DNA of 64,000 bases from contig JBOHRW010000217.1 of assembly GCA_050732935.1 (NCBI GenBank), positions 398 through 64,397 on the forward strand. Direction: 5' to 3'. Origin of the DNA: Gemmatimonadota bacterium (GTDB lineage Bacteria > Gemmatimonadota > Gemmatimonadetes > JACCXV01 > JAHWKZ01). The translations under genes and the position numbers were made by a program. Below the pieces are notes generated by a model. It was not told the DNA's origin, did not search any database, and saw only the letters and a program-made list of their open reading frames with translations. Below, piece after piece: positions 9,558-18,570 of the stretch (position 1 is the first letter of the stretch; the number at the start of each line of letters is the position of its first letter).

Positions 9558-10187
9558 GTGGCCCTGCTCCTGGTGATCGGGATCCTCGCCCTGGCCGCCG
9601 CAAACGTCCTGGCCGGCTTCTACCAGGTCTTCACGGGCGCCGACGTTCCCACCCTCATCGACGTGTCGGAGGAGTGCAACATCCCGACCTGGTACAATTC
9701 GGCGCTGCTCGCGCTGGCGGGGGGCTTGGCGGCGCTTGTCGGTCGAGCGGATCGCGGTCGGGAGGGCGCCCGCCCGAAGTACTGGTGGGGGATGGCTCTG
9801 GCCATGTTCCTCGTGTCGATGGACGAGGTGGCCGCGGTCCACGAGCGGATCGACGCCCTGGTGCCGCCGCGGCTCGTCGAGCCTTTCGGCGAATGGATCA
9901 CCGTTCACCCATGGGTGATCTTCGGACTCCCGGCCGTCCTGCTTCTCGGGGCGCTGTACGTTCCCTTCCTGCGTGCGCTTCCAGATCGGACCCGGCGGTT
10001 CTTCCTTCTGGCGGCCGCCGCCTATGTGGGAGGGGCCATCGGGGCGGAGTCGCTGCACGGCGCCATCAACGTCTATTATGGCGGGGGCGTCTTCACGTCG
10101 CTCGCCATTCTCCTCGAGGAGTCTCTCGAGATGACGGGCGTGGTGATTTTCATCTACGGTCTCCTCGACCACCTGCGCCGGATCTAG
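9558..10187 (+). CDS. hypothetical integral membrane protein
   Basis: Hydrophobic helices (ALLLVIGILALAAANVLAGF..., WGMALAMFLVSM..., WVIFGLPAVLLLGALYVPF...). The start is ambiguous (GTG 9558 or TTG 9498) because the same frame runs through the ACAD 3' end. Confidence 0.45.
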   Translation: MALLLVIGILALAAANVLAGFYQVFTGADVPTLIDVSEECNIPTWYNSALLALAGGLAALVGRADRGREGARPKYWWGMALAMFLVSMDEVAAVHERIDALVPPRLVEPFGEWITVHPWVIFGLPAVLLLGALYVPFLRALPDRTRRFFLLAAAAYVGGAIGAESLHGAINVYYGGGVFTSLAILLEESLEMTGVVIFIYGLLDHLRRI

Positions 10188-10370
10188 GGTAGCGGAGCGA
10201 GATTCTGGGCCTGTGCTCCCACCGCGTCGGGACGCACGGCGGGTCGGGTGGGTGCGGTTGGCATCTCCGAGGATAGAAATGGTCGCCCGAGGTCGGTATA
10301 CTGTTCAGTACAGCAAAAACGAGTTCATTAACGTCCTTCAATCACCAGAAACAAAGGGGGATCGATTCGC

Positions 10371-11963
10371 ATGTCGCTGTTGAGCTTTTTCACGGCCGGG
10401 CTGATGGCGCTCTCCTCCGCGCCTGCCGACACCGTGCCGCTGTATGACGATCTGGGGGACCATCACTACGAGATCACCACCGACGTCGAGGCCACCCAAC
10501 GGTATTTCGATCAGGGCCTTCGGCTGGTGTGGGCGTTCAACCATGCCGAGGCGATCCGGGCCTTCGAGGAGGCCGCCCGGCTCGATCCCGAGTGTGCGAT
10601 GTGCTGGTGGGGGATCTCGTACGCCTACGGGCCCAACATCAACGCGCCGATGGACTCGACCAGCGGCGTGGCCGCCTGGGAGGCGATCCAGAAGGCGAGC
10701 TCTCTCAAATCGCATGCGAGCGAGAAGGAGGGGGCCTTCATCGACGCCCTGGCCCGGCGCTACGCCGAGGTCCCGCCCGTCGAGCGTGCGGCGCTCGACT
10801 CGGCTTGGGCCGAGGCCATGACGGAGGTGGCCGATCGTTTCCCCGACGACCTCGAGGCGGCGACGGTGGCGGCCGACGCGAGGATGAACCTGAGCCCCTG
10901 GAACTACTGGACGCCGGAGGGTGAGCTCCGGCCGGGACACGAGCGAACGCTGGCGCTGCTCGAGGGCGTGATCGCCGCGGACTCGACGCACCCCGGGGCG
11001 TGCCACCTCTACATCCACGCCGTCGAGGCCGCCCAGCCCGAGAGGGCGGTGGAATGCGCCGAGCGCTTGGCCGGCCTGATGCCGGGAGCGGGACACATCG
11101 TGCACATGCCGGCCCACATCTATATCCGCGTGGGGCGCTACAACGACGCGATCGAGTCCAACATTCACGCCGTCCATCAGGACGAGTCGTACATCATGGA
11201 CGTGGGGCCGTCGGGGATCTACCCGGCCTTCTACTATCCGCACAACTATCATTTCCTCTCCTTCGCGGCGACGTTTGCCGGCCGGGCTGACATGGCGATC
11301 GAGAACGCCCGCAAGGCGGCAGAGAACATGGATCCCGAGCTGGCGCGACAGTTCGGCCCCGAGGCGGGCCGGCTGCTCGCCCACCCGCAGTTGACGCTGG
11401 TGGCGTTCGGGCGTTGGGAGGAGACGCTGGCGGAGCCGATGGTGCCCGCCGACATTCGCTTTGCGTCCGGTCTCGTCCATTACGCGCGCGGCGTCGCGAA
11501 CGCCGCCCTGGATCGATGGGACGAGGCACAGGTCGAGCTCGACTCGGTGCGCCAGATCGCGACCGAGTTCACCGAGGATTGGCCGGCCACGGTCATGCAG
11601 GTCGCCGTCCACGCCCTGACGGGGGACATCGCCTACCGTCAGGGGAATTACGAGGAAGCCATCACCCACTACGAGGTGGCGATCGACCTGGAGGACGGCC
11701 TGCGCTACACGGAGCCCGCGTACTGGAACAGGCCGCTCCGACTCGATCTCGGCGCGGCGCTTCTGGCGGCCGGTCGGGCCGCGGACGCGGAGCGGGTCTA
11801 TCGGGAGAACCTGGCGCGCTTTCCGGAAAACGGCTGGGCGCTCCAGGGGCTGGCGGTGGCGCTCGAGGAGCAGGGCAAGGCCGAAGACGCCGAGGCTGTC
11901 CGGGCCCGGTTCCAGGAGGCCTGGGTGGAATCCGACGTGACGCTCACAACGTCGCGTCTGTAG
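10371..11963 (+). CDS. secreted TPR-repeat protein
   Basis: Signal peptide MSLLSFFTAGLMALSSAPA. Multiple TPR-like helical repeats (AEAIRAFEEAARLDPECAMCWWGISYAY, NYEEAITHYEVAIDLEDG, ...). Confidence 0.65.
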   Translation: MSLLSFFTAGLMALSSAPADTVPLYDDLGDHHYEITTDVEATQRYFDQGLRLVWAFNHAEAIRAFEEAARLDPECAMCWWGISYAYGPNINAPMDSTSGVAAWEAIQKASSLKSHASEKEGAFIDALARRYAEVPPVERAALDSAWAEAMTEVADRFPDDLEAATVAADARMNLSPWNYWTPEGELRPGHERTLALLEGVIAADSTHPGACHLYIHAVEAAQPERAVECAERLAGLMPGAGHIVHMPAHIYIRVGRYNDAIESNIHAVHQDESYIMDVGPSGIYPAFYYPHNYHFLSFAATFAGRADMAIENARKAAENMDPELARQFGPEAGRLLAHPQLTLVAFGRWEETLAEPMVPADIRFASGLVHYARGVANAALDRWDEAQVELDSVRQIATEFTEDWPATVMQVAVHALTGDIAYRQGNYEEAITHYEVAIDLEDGLRYTEPAYWNRPLRLDLGAALLAAGRAADAERVYRENLARFPENGWALQGLAVALEEQGKAEDAEAVRARFQEAWVESDVTLTTSRL

Positions 11964-12003
11964 CCTCGGTCCGTCGGGGAGGGCGCCGATCCGCCCTTCC
12001 CGG

Positions 12004-12462
12004 CTACCGTGCCTGGATCGTGATCGTGCTCACGACCTGGTTGTCCGACGGGTCCGGGTCGTTCTGATCGAGCGCGGTGACCTGGATCGTCATCTGGAGG
12101 GTCGCCGTCACCGTCACCGTGGCCGCGGCGGTCATCGCTTCCATTTCGGCGGTGATGGTGGCGGTTCCGTCACCGATCGCCGTCACCGTGCCGTCGCCAT
12201 CGACCGTGGCCACATCGGGATCGCTCGATCGCCAGGAGAGACCGTTTCCGGGCGCCAGAGGCGCGCCATCGCCATCGGTGACGGCGAGCTGCCGCTGACC
12301 GCCGATCGCCCCGAGGACGAAATCGGCCGGTGACAGGGAGATGGCGTCCGGGAGCTCTCCCCCTCGAGTCGCGTCGAAGGGTCCGACGCCGGAGCATGAT
12401 CCCAACAACACGCAGGCCGCGGTCGCCACGATCCCCCAGGCAGCCATTCCTCGATCGGACAT
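12004..12462 (-). CDS. Big_2 (bacterial Ig-like group 2) domain lipoprotein, cassette B
   Basis: MSDRGMAAWGIVATAACVLLGSCSG lipobox. LSWRSSDPDVATVDGDGTVTAIGDGTATITAE matches the Big_2 core. Sits 29 nt downstream of adhesin-like gene B on the same strand. Confidence 0.65.
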   Translation of the reverse strand: MSDRGMAAWGIVATAACVLLGSCSGVGPFDATRGGELPDAISLSPADFVLGAIGGQRQLAVTDGDGAPLAPGNGLSWRSSDPDVATVDGDGTVTAIGDGTATITAEMEAMTAAATVTVTATLQMTIQVTALDQNDPDPSDNQVVSTITIQAR

Positions 12463-12490
12463 CGCTATCTCTCCTCTCCGCCTGCGGCCC

Positions 12491-13849
12491 TCAATTCGAT
12501 TCCTCGTCCATGACCGTCAGGATCAGCGTGAGCGTCTCCCGCTCATCCGGGGCCAGGCTGCCCACGGACCACACACCGGTCGCCTGGTCGTAGGCCCCCT
12601 TGCTGGCGGTCGCCGAAGTCAACGCGAGCCGGGGCGGGATCCCCTGAACGAGCTGGACGCCGGTGGCGGTCACCGGTCCACCGTTCCGCACCGTCACGAC
12701 ATAGGCGACGTCGTCCCCGACGGTCGGGGAGTCGTCGCTCACCGAGACCTCGACCCCGAGGTCTGCGCTTTCGGCGGCGAAGGTGACGGTCGCCGTGTCG
12801 TCGATCGTCGCGCCGTTGACGGTCCCGGTGACCGTCGCCGTTCCGGGAGTCGTGATGGAAGTCAGGGTGGCCGTGTAGATGCCATTTCCACGGTCGCTGA
12901 CAGGACCGAGCGTCCCCAAGGTCGTCGACAGGGTGACCGCGTCGCCGCCCGATGCGAGCGGCTCCCCGTTAGGGTCGATCAGCAGGACCGTGATCGTCGA
13001 CGTGCTGGAGCCATTGGCGGGGATCGATGCCGGGTCGGCGGTGATCATGCTGTTCGCTGGCGAAGGGGCGCCCGCGGTGAACTCGACCGTCGCGGTATCG
13101 TCGATGCTCTCTCCATCGACCGTGCCGGTGACGGTGGCTGTGCCGCCCCTAGTCGGCGAGGTGAGGGTGGCGAGGTACGTGCCATCGCCTGCGTCCGAGA
13201 CGGAACCCAGGGTCCCTGAGTCGGTGGACAGGGTGACTGCATTCCCACCCGACGGGAGCGGGTTTCCGGATTCGTCGCGAAGCCGGACGGTGATCGTCGA
13301 CGTGCTCGATCCATCGGCCGGGATCGAGGTGGGGTCGGCGGTGATCTCAGAGGTCGCGCCCGAAGGCGGCCCCGGCTCGTCATCCTCATCGTCATCGTCG
13401 TCATCCTCATCGTCGTCATCCTCATCATCCTCATCGTCGTCATCCACGACGTCGAATGGGGCGCTGGTCGTGCTCGTGAGCCCGTCCGCCGTCGCCTCCA
13501 GAGTGTATCCCGCTCCAGGCTTGCTGACCGAGAGGTTGTCGAACGTGGCCAGGCCGCTCTCGGCGTCGTCATGCTTCCGTCCACCCAGCGTGGCTCCGCC
13601 GGGGTTGGAATGGAGCCCCACATCGATGCGTGCCGTGAATGATGCCACGCGGTTTCCGGATGCATCCACGGCTTCGACCGTGACCGCAGGATCGATGTGC
13701 TCGCCCGCGTCCACATCGGTGGGCTCCTCCACGAAGCGCAGGGCGGTCGCAGTCTGAGCGCGCAGGCCGGAAGCCGGAAGGAGCGCGGCGACGAGGCACC
13801 CGAGGACGAGCGCCGATCGCCCCGGGGGATGGGTCGCCGGGGAAATCAT
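12491..13849 (-). CDS. secreted adhesin-like protein: invasin/Big_1-like Ig repeats, poly-Asp/Glu linker, C-terminal DUF11 domain (cassette B)
   Basis: Signal MISPATHPPGRSALVLGCLVAALLPASGLRA. Two repeats of the form ITADP.SIPA(D/N)GSSTSTITV.L.D..GNPL..GG.AVTLST..GTLG.VSD.G.G.Y.ATLTS. Then DDDDEDDEDDDDEDDDDDDEDDE. C-terminal ...VTVRNGGPVTATGVQLVQGIPPRL...TGVWSVGSLAPDERETLTL (DUF11-like). Confidence 0.7.
   Translation of the reverse strand: MISPATHPPGRSALVLGCLVAALLPASGLRAQTATALRFVEEPTDVDAGEHIDPAVTVEAVDASGNRVASFTARIDVGLHSNPGGATLGGRKHDDAESGLATFDNLSVSKPGAGYTLEATADGLTSTTSAPFDVVDDDDEDDEDDDDEDDDDDDEDDEPGPPSGATSEITADPTSIPADGSSTSTITVRLRDESGNPLPSGGNAVTLSTDSGTLGSVSDAGDGTYLATLTSPTRGGTATVTGTVDGESIDDTATVEFTAGAPSPANSMITADPASIPANGSSTSTITVLLIDPNGEPLASGGDAVTLSTTLGTLGPVSDRGNGIYTATLTSITTPGTATVTGTVNGATIDDTATVTFAAESADLGVEVSVSDDSPTVGDDVAYVVTVRNGGPVTATGVQLVQGIPPRLALTSATASKGAYDQATGVWSVGSLAPDERETLTLILTVMDEESN
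13378..13447 (-). repeat. GAY/GAR trinucleotide simple-sequence tract encoding a 23-residue poly-acidic linker
   Basis: Plus strand reads tcatcctcatcgtcatcgtcgtcatcctcatcgtcgtcatcctcatcatcctcatcgtcgtcatc. It encodes DDDDEDDEDDDDEDDDDDDEDDE within the 12491..13849 gene. Confidence 0.7.
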
Positions 13850-13931
13850 GAGCCTGCGAAATATGGGACATCGCCCGGGACACGACACCCCCCGACTACT
13901 TCGTACGGGGTAGGCTCCGGTCGGGTGCCGT

Positions 13932-14420
13932 CTACGGAGCCACGACGGTGATCGTCGTCACGACTTGGTTGTCGGAGTCATCCGAGTCGGATTGATCCGT
14001 GGCCGTCACCTCGACCGTGGTCTCGATTGTCGCAGCGACGGTGACGAGGGCGGCGGCCTCCTGTCCAGCAAGGGTGGCGGTGATGGTGGCCTGCCCGTCG
14101 CCGGACGCGCTGACGATCCCCGATCCGTCCACGGATGCCACTGCCTGGTCGCTGCTGGCCCACGACACCCCGTTCCCCGGAGGAATGGGGATCCCCTCCC
14201 CATCGACGACGCCGAGCTGACGCCGCGCGCCGATGGCGCCGAGGGTGACCTGGTCGGGGTCGATGGAGATCTCTCCTGGCGAGATCCCTCCGTACGGGCC
14301 AACGCCCGAGCACGTGGCCCCGGTCAGCAAGACCGCCAGAACGACGAATCCCCTGCGCAATGTCGATCCCTCCTTCGGGACCGGCGCTCGCCGATCGAGC
14401 CGGGGGTCGGCCACTTCCAT
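13932..14420 (-). CDS. Big_2 domain lipoprotein, cassette A (paralog of 12004..12462)
   Basis: ...GFVVLAVLLTGATCSG lipobox. VSWASSDQAVASVDGSGIVSASGDGQATITAT is a Big_2 core. Alternative TTG start at 14360. Begins 4 nt after the stop of adhesin-like gene A. Confidence 0.6.
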   Translation of the reverse strand: MEVADPRLDRRAPVPKEGSTLRRGFVVLAVLLTGATCSGVGPYGGISPGEISIDPDQVTLGAIGARRQLGVVDGEGIPIPPGNGVSWASSDQAVASVDGSGIVSASGDGQATITATLAGQEAAALVTVAATIETTVEVTATDQSDSDDSDNQVVTTITVVAP

Positions 14421-14423
14421 CCG

Positions 14424-16619
14424 CTAATCCGAATCCGGGCCCAGGACGCGGGTCACGATGGTGAGCGTGGCCCGCTCGCCTTCGGCCAGCGCCCCCACGC
14501 TCCAGATCCCCGTTGTCGACACGTATTCTCCCTGACTGGTCGTGGCGGATACGAACTCCAGCCGCGCGGGCAAGGTCTGGGTGATTTCGACCCCCGTGGC
14601 ATGGTCGGGACCCTGGTTGCCGGCCGTCACGACGTAGACCACCTGGTCCCCGATCCCCGGCGTCTCGTCGCTCACCTCGACCACGACCTCCAGGTCCGCG
14701 CTCCCGGCCGCGAACGTCACGGTGGCGGTGTCGGAGATCGAGGCTCCATTGACGGTGCCGCTGATGGTGGCGGTTCCCGGCGCGATGGTGGAAAGAAGGG
14801 TCGCCGTGTACGTCCCGTCCCCGTTGTCCCGCACGGCACCCAGGGACCCGAGCGTGGTCGAGAGGTTCACGTTGTCGCCGCCTGTCGAGAGGAGCACTCC
14901 TTCCGCGTCGCGGAGCTGGACGACGATGCTGGACGTGCTGGCTCCATCCGCGAGGATCGAGACGGGATTGGCGCTGATCGTGCTCGTGGCCGGCGAGGCC
15001 GCGCCGGCGGTGACGGCGAACGTCGCGCTGGTCGCACCCGCCGCCCCCGAGACCGAGAACCCGAGCCGGTAGCCGCCCGCCGATCGGTCGATCCGCAGGT
15101 CGTCGAAAGTCGCGACACCGTTCAGGAGCGGCTCGTTGACATCTCCCTGGAGGTCGGCGCCGGCGGGATTGACCGCCAGTGTGGCCGCCACGTTGCCGGT
15201 GAAGCCGGTCAGGGTGTTGCCGAGGCCGTCCACGACGCGCACGACGACCGGAGGCGTGATGGGCTCGTCGACGGGCGTGTCGGTCGGCTGCTCGTCGACG
15301 ACCAGCGTGGGCTGGCCGACCAGCGCGAACGTGACGGACGCGGTATCCGTGATGTCCGCCCCGTTCACCGTGCCCGAGATGGTCGCCGTGCCGGCCGTGG
15401 TGGCGGAGGTCAGCGTGGCCGTGTACGTGCCGTCCCCGTTGTCGATGTCGGGGCCAAGGGTCCCCGACGTGGTAGAGAGCGAGACGTCGGCTCCGCCACC
15501 GGTCAGGGGGTTCCCGAACGCGTCCCGGAGCTGGACGGTGATCGTCGACGTGCTGCTCCCGTCGGCCGGGATCGTGGTCGGGTCGGCCGTGATCTCCGAC
15601 GTCGCTCCGGAGGGTGCGGCCGGGGTGATCTGGAAAGAGCTGCTCGTCGCTTCCGTGAGCGGCGCCGAAGCGGCCTGGAGCGTGTAGGTCCCAGCCTGCT
15701 GTATCGAGAGGTCGCCGAAGGTCGCCACGCCATCCACTGCGGCCTTGCTGGTCGTGCCCATGAGCGCTCCCCCGGCCGGGCCCGTGGCGATCGACAGCGT
15801 CACCAGGCCGGTGAAGTCCGGGTCCACGTTCCCACCGGCGTTCCTGGCCTCCACGGTCACCGCGGGGGTGATGGTCTGGCCGGCCGCCCTGCTGGTCGGT
15901 TGCTGAGCGAAAGCGAGCTGAGTGGCCGGGGCGACGGTGAACGTGACCGTGGCGTCGTCGTCGAGGACCAGGTTGTCGACCGCGGCGGTCACCGTCGCCG
16001 TCCCGGTAGCCGTCGAGGTGAGGGTGGCGGTGTACGTGCCGTCGCCCCCATCGTCCACCGTGCCCAGCGAGCCGAACGTGGTGGAAAGCACGACGTCGGC
16101 CCCGCCGGTCGTCAGGGGGTTTCCGAACTCATCCCGGAGGAGGACGGTAATCAGGGCGCTGCTCACCCCGTCGGCCGGGATCGAAGTCGGGTCGACCGTG
16201 ATCTCCGACTCCTCGGGGTCCGGGGGGCCGGGAGTGATCTGGAAGGAGGCGCTGGTAGCAGCCGTGAAGTTGTCAGCCGTAGCCAGGAGGGTGTAGGTGC
16301 CGGCCTCGTCGATGTTCAGGTCGCTGAAGGTGGCCGTCTCCAGGACTGTCTGTTGGGCCACGGTTCCGTCGAGCCCCCCGGGGCCCGAGGCGATGCTGAG
16401 CGTTACGGTCACGGGGAGAATGGCGCCCGGTGCGTGGACCACGACGTCCGGCATGATCTGCCCGGCTTCCGTATCGGTCGGCTGTTCATCGAATTCGAGC
16501 GCGATCTGCGCCCTCAGGTCCTTGACGAGCGGGGAGGCGAGCGACGTGATCAGGCAGGCCAGAAGGCCGATCGCGGCGAGGGTCCCCCGCCCCGGGGGTT
16601 GGGTCACCGGGGGAAACAT
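14424..16619 (-). CDS. secreted adhesin-like protein: six alternating Ig-like modules (invasin-like + Big_1-like) and C-terminal DUF11 domain (cassette A)
   Basis: Real start MFPPVTQPPGRGTLAAIGLLACLITSLASP at 16619; the listed 1360-aa ORF continues upstream only as antisense of the OMP gene. Modules of the type QPT...AG..I.P.V.V.A.D..GN...F.G.V.L...GP.G..L.G......GVATF.DL.I..AG.Y.L alternate with ITADP.SIPADGSSTS.ITV.LRD..GNPL.GGG..V.LSTT.G.LG. Ends ...VVYVVTAGNQGPDHATGVEITQTLPARLEF...TGIWSVGALAEGERATLTI. Confidence 0.7.
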   Translation of the reverse strand: MFPPVTQPPGRGTLAAIGLLACLITSLASPLVKDLRAQIALEFDEQPTDTEAGQIMPDVVVHAPGAILPVTVTLSIASGPGGLDGTVAQQTVLETATFSDLNIDEAGTYTLLATADNFTAATSASFQITPGPPDPEESEITVDPTSIPADGVSSALITVLLRDEFGNPLTTGGADVVLSTTFGSLGTVDDGGDGTYTATLTSTATGTATVTAAVDNLVLDDDATVTFTVAPATQLAFAQQPTSRAAGQTITPAVTVEARNAGGNVDPDFTGLVTLSIATGPAGGALMGTTSKAAVDGVATFGDLSIQQAGTYTLQAASAPLTEATSSSFQITPAAPSGATSEITADPTTIPADGSSTSTITVQLRDAFGNPLTGGGADVSLSTTSGTLGPDIDNGDGTYTATLTSATTAGTATISGTVNGADITDTASVTFALVGQPTLVVDEQPTDTPVDEPITPPVVVRVVDGLGNTLTGFTGNVAATLAVNPAGADLQGDVNEPLLNGVATFDDLRIDRSAGGYRLGFSVSGAAGATSATFAVTAGAASPATSTISANPVSILADGASTSSIVVQLRDAEGVLLSTGGDNVNLSTTLGSLGAVRDNGDGTYTATLLSTIAPGTATISGTVNGASISDTATVTFAAGSADLEVVVEVSDETPGIGDQVVYVVTAGNQGPDHATGVEITQTLPARLEFVSATTSQGEYVSTTGIWSVGALAEGERATLTIVTRVLGPDSD

Positions 16620-16709
16620 GACACAGGGAATATCGCGAGCCCGGGCCTCCCGCGCACGGGCCGCTGATTGACCGGCCTCGCCCGCGGGCGTACACTGCGG
16701 AACAGCCCC

Positions 16710-18128
16710 ATGACCCCTCGCACGGCCCTCGCTCTGGTGGCGCTCCTTTGCGTCCTGTCGGCGGCTCCGGACCAGGCGGTCGCCCAGACCGGCTGGGAGG
16801 CCAACGTCCACGCAGCGACCCTCGTCAACGATCTCTTCGAAGAGAGCGGGGACGGCGTCCAGGTGGGCGGCCGACTGGTCTACACGACCCCGTGGCGGGT
16901 CACGGTGGGCGGCAACTTCGATTGGGCACGGCTGACCGATGTCGGACTGGGTCTGGTGGACGGCGCGACGGCCGACCTCCTTCTCTACAGCGGCCAAGTC
17001 GGATACGCGGTGCCCGTCGCCTCGCGGGCGGATCTCATGCTGGCGGCGGGGATCGGCGGGGTCACCATCCGTCTGCGGGATGTGCCCTCCTCGACCGGGG
17101 TGCTGACCAGCAGTTCGGGCCAGCTCGTCCCGGTAGGGGTCGGGATCAGGCTCCGGAACCGGGCCGTCGACGCCTCGTGGGCGTTCCGCGCCGACGTTCG
17201 CGACGACATCATCTTCCTGGACGTCCAGGACCCGGCGAGCGGCGATGTCGACCAGGAGCCGCGGCACAACTGGGAGATCTCGGCGGGCGTCTCGTTCCTG
17301 TTCGGCGGCGGGGAGCCGACGCCGACCCCGACCGACACTCGACCCGTGGAGCGACGGCCCGTCGAGCCGCGCCCGGAGCCCGAGGCCGACCGTCCGGCCC
17401 AGCCGAGGCCGGTCGTCCAGGGCGACGCCGACCGAGACGGGGTCCCTGACCGCCTCGACCGCTGCGTCAGAACGCCGTCGGATCTGGCCGTCGGAGCGAC
17501 CGGATGCCCGATCGACATGGATCGTGACGGCGCGCCGGACCGCCGCGTGGCGCAGGTGCCGCCCGATCGGCCTCCCGCCGACGAAGGGCCCGAGCCCCCG
17601 GAGCCTTCGGACGAGGTCGAGCCGCCCCGGGTGGGTCCGGGCGACACCGATCGGGATGGCGTCGCGGACGCCGCCGACAGGTGCGTGAACACACCGATCG
17701 GCTCCGCCGTCGACGAGCGGGGCTGCCCGCCTCCTCCACCGGCGGCGGAGCCCGGCCCGGAGGTCGAGGCGCCTGCGGTGGAAGATGAGGCGAGACCCGC
17801 CGACGAGCCGCCCGTCGATGAACGGCCCCTGGACGAGGCGCCCCCAGACGAGGCGCCGGATGAAGGCGTGGAGGCCGCTCCGCCAACCGCGTGCCTGGAT
17901 GGACGGCCGTGGGATCGCCCAGGGGTCACGATCGCATTCGATGGTCGCCTTTGGGAGCAGCTGGGTCCACCCGAGCCGATCACGCTGAGCAACCTGAACC
18001 GGGTCGGCGAGTTCGACGGGGTCCCGATCTACGTGGGGTCGGTTGCCGAGGAGCCGTACACGGACCTGTGGGTGCCGCGCTGCAGCGGGGCCTATCAGCT
18101 CTACGTGGAGGAGGGGAGCGCGGAGTGA
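16710..18128 (+). CDS. outer-membrane beta-barrel protein with TSP3-like repeats and the same uncharacterised C-terminal Cys domain (paralog 4)
   Basis: Start MTPRTALALVALLCVLSAAPDQAVAQ. Barrel ends AGVSFLFGGG. Pro-rich linker. DADRDGVPDRLDRCVRTP...GCP and DTDRDGVADAADRCVNTPIGSAVDERGCP. C-terminus ACLDGRPWDRPGVTIAFDGRLWEQLG...GEFDGVPIYVGSVAEEPYTDLWVPRCSGAYQLYVEEG aligns with the C-terminus of 5463..6599. Confidence 0.75.
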   Translation: MTPRTALALVALLCVLSAAPDQAVAQTGWEANVHAATLVNDLFEESGDGVQVGGRLVYTTPWRVTVGGNFDWARLTDVGLGLVDGATADLLLYSGQVGYAVPVASRADLMLAAGIGGVTIRLRDVPSSTGVLTSSSGQLVPVGVGIRLRNRAVDASWAFRADVRDDIIFLDVQDPASGDVDQEPRHNWEISAGVSFLFGGGEPTPTPTDTRPVERRPVEPRPEPEADRPAQPRPVVQGDADRDGVPDRLDRCVRTPSDLAVGATGCPIDMDRDGAPDRRVAQVPPDRPPADEGPEPPEPSDEVEPPRVGPGDTDRDGVADAADRCVNTPIGSAVDERGCPPPPPAAEPGPEVEAPAVEDEARPADEPPVDERPLDEAPPDEAPDEGVEAAPPTACLDGRPWDRPGVTIAFDGRLWEQLGPPEPITLSNLNRVGEFDGVPIYVGSVAEEPYTDLWVPRCSGAYQLYVEEGSAE

Positions 18129-18570
18129 GGCGGATCGGGGCCGGGGTGGCGTCCAGGATCGCGGTCGCGGTGGTTCTCGGATGCGGAAGCGGGACGGTGG
18201 CGCCTGACGACATCCCCGTTTCCGAGAGGGATCTACGGATCGCGGTCGCGAGCGGGGACCATCAACTGGGAGAGGTCGGAACAACGCTGCCCGCCTTCCT
18301 GGTCGCGCGGGTGACCGACGGGGCACTCTTCCCGTAGAGGACGTCCGGGTGCGGTGGGAGGCCGTCGAAGGAGATGGGGAGCTCAGCCTGAAGGGGAGCC
18401 TCACGGACCGCACGGGCCTGGCCGCCGCGGTCCTCTTCCTGGGGGACGAGCCCGGCGAGCTCGTCGTCCGCGTGTTCCTCGAGAACAAAGAGGAGGCGCG
18501 GTTCACGGCCCGAGCCGTCGAGGTCGGCGCGCCAAGGCCTTCGGTTTCTCCTGCCTCCCGGGGACGTTAA
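18125..18570 (+). pseudogene. small lipoprotein gene split by a frameshift at about 18335 (pseudogene or assembly indel)
   Basis: GTG 18125 (GTGA overlap with the OMP stop) gives VRRIGAGVASRIAVAVVLGCGSG...LPAFLVARVTDGALFP, then stop. The +2 frame continues as ...RWEAVEGDGELSLKGSLTDRTGLAAAVLFLGDEPGELVVRVFLENKEEARFTARAVEV, which looks Ig-like and protein-like. Confidence 0.3.

Noticed and set aside
10338-11669. 443-aa minus-strand ORF
   Set aside because: Antisense to the TPR secreted-protein gene. Arg/Gly-rich, no recognisable features. Typical high-GC antisense open frame.
16620-18506. N-terminal about 630 aa of the 1360-aa minus-strand ORF 14424..18506
   Set aside because: Arg/Pro/Ser-rich low-complexity translation that is exactly antisense to the well-supported OMP-TSP3 gene (16710..18128). 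The adhesin's signal peptide begins at the internal Met at 16619.
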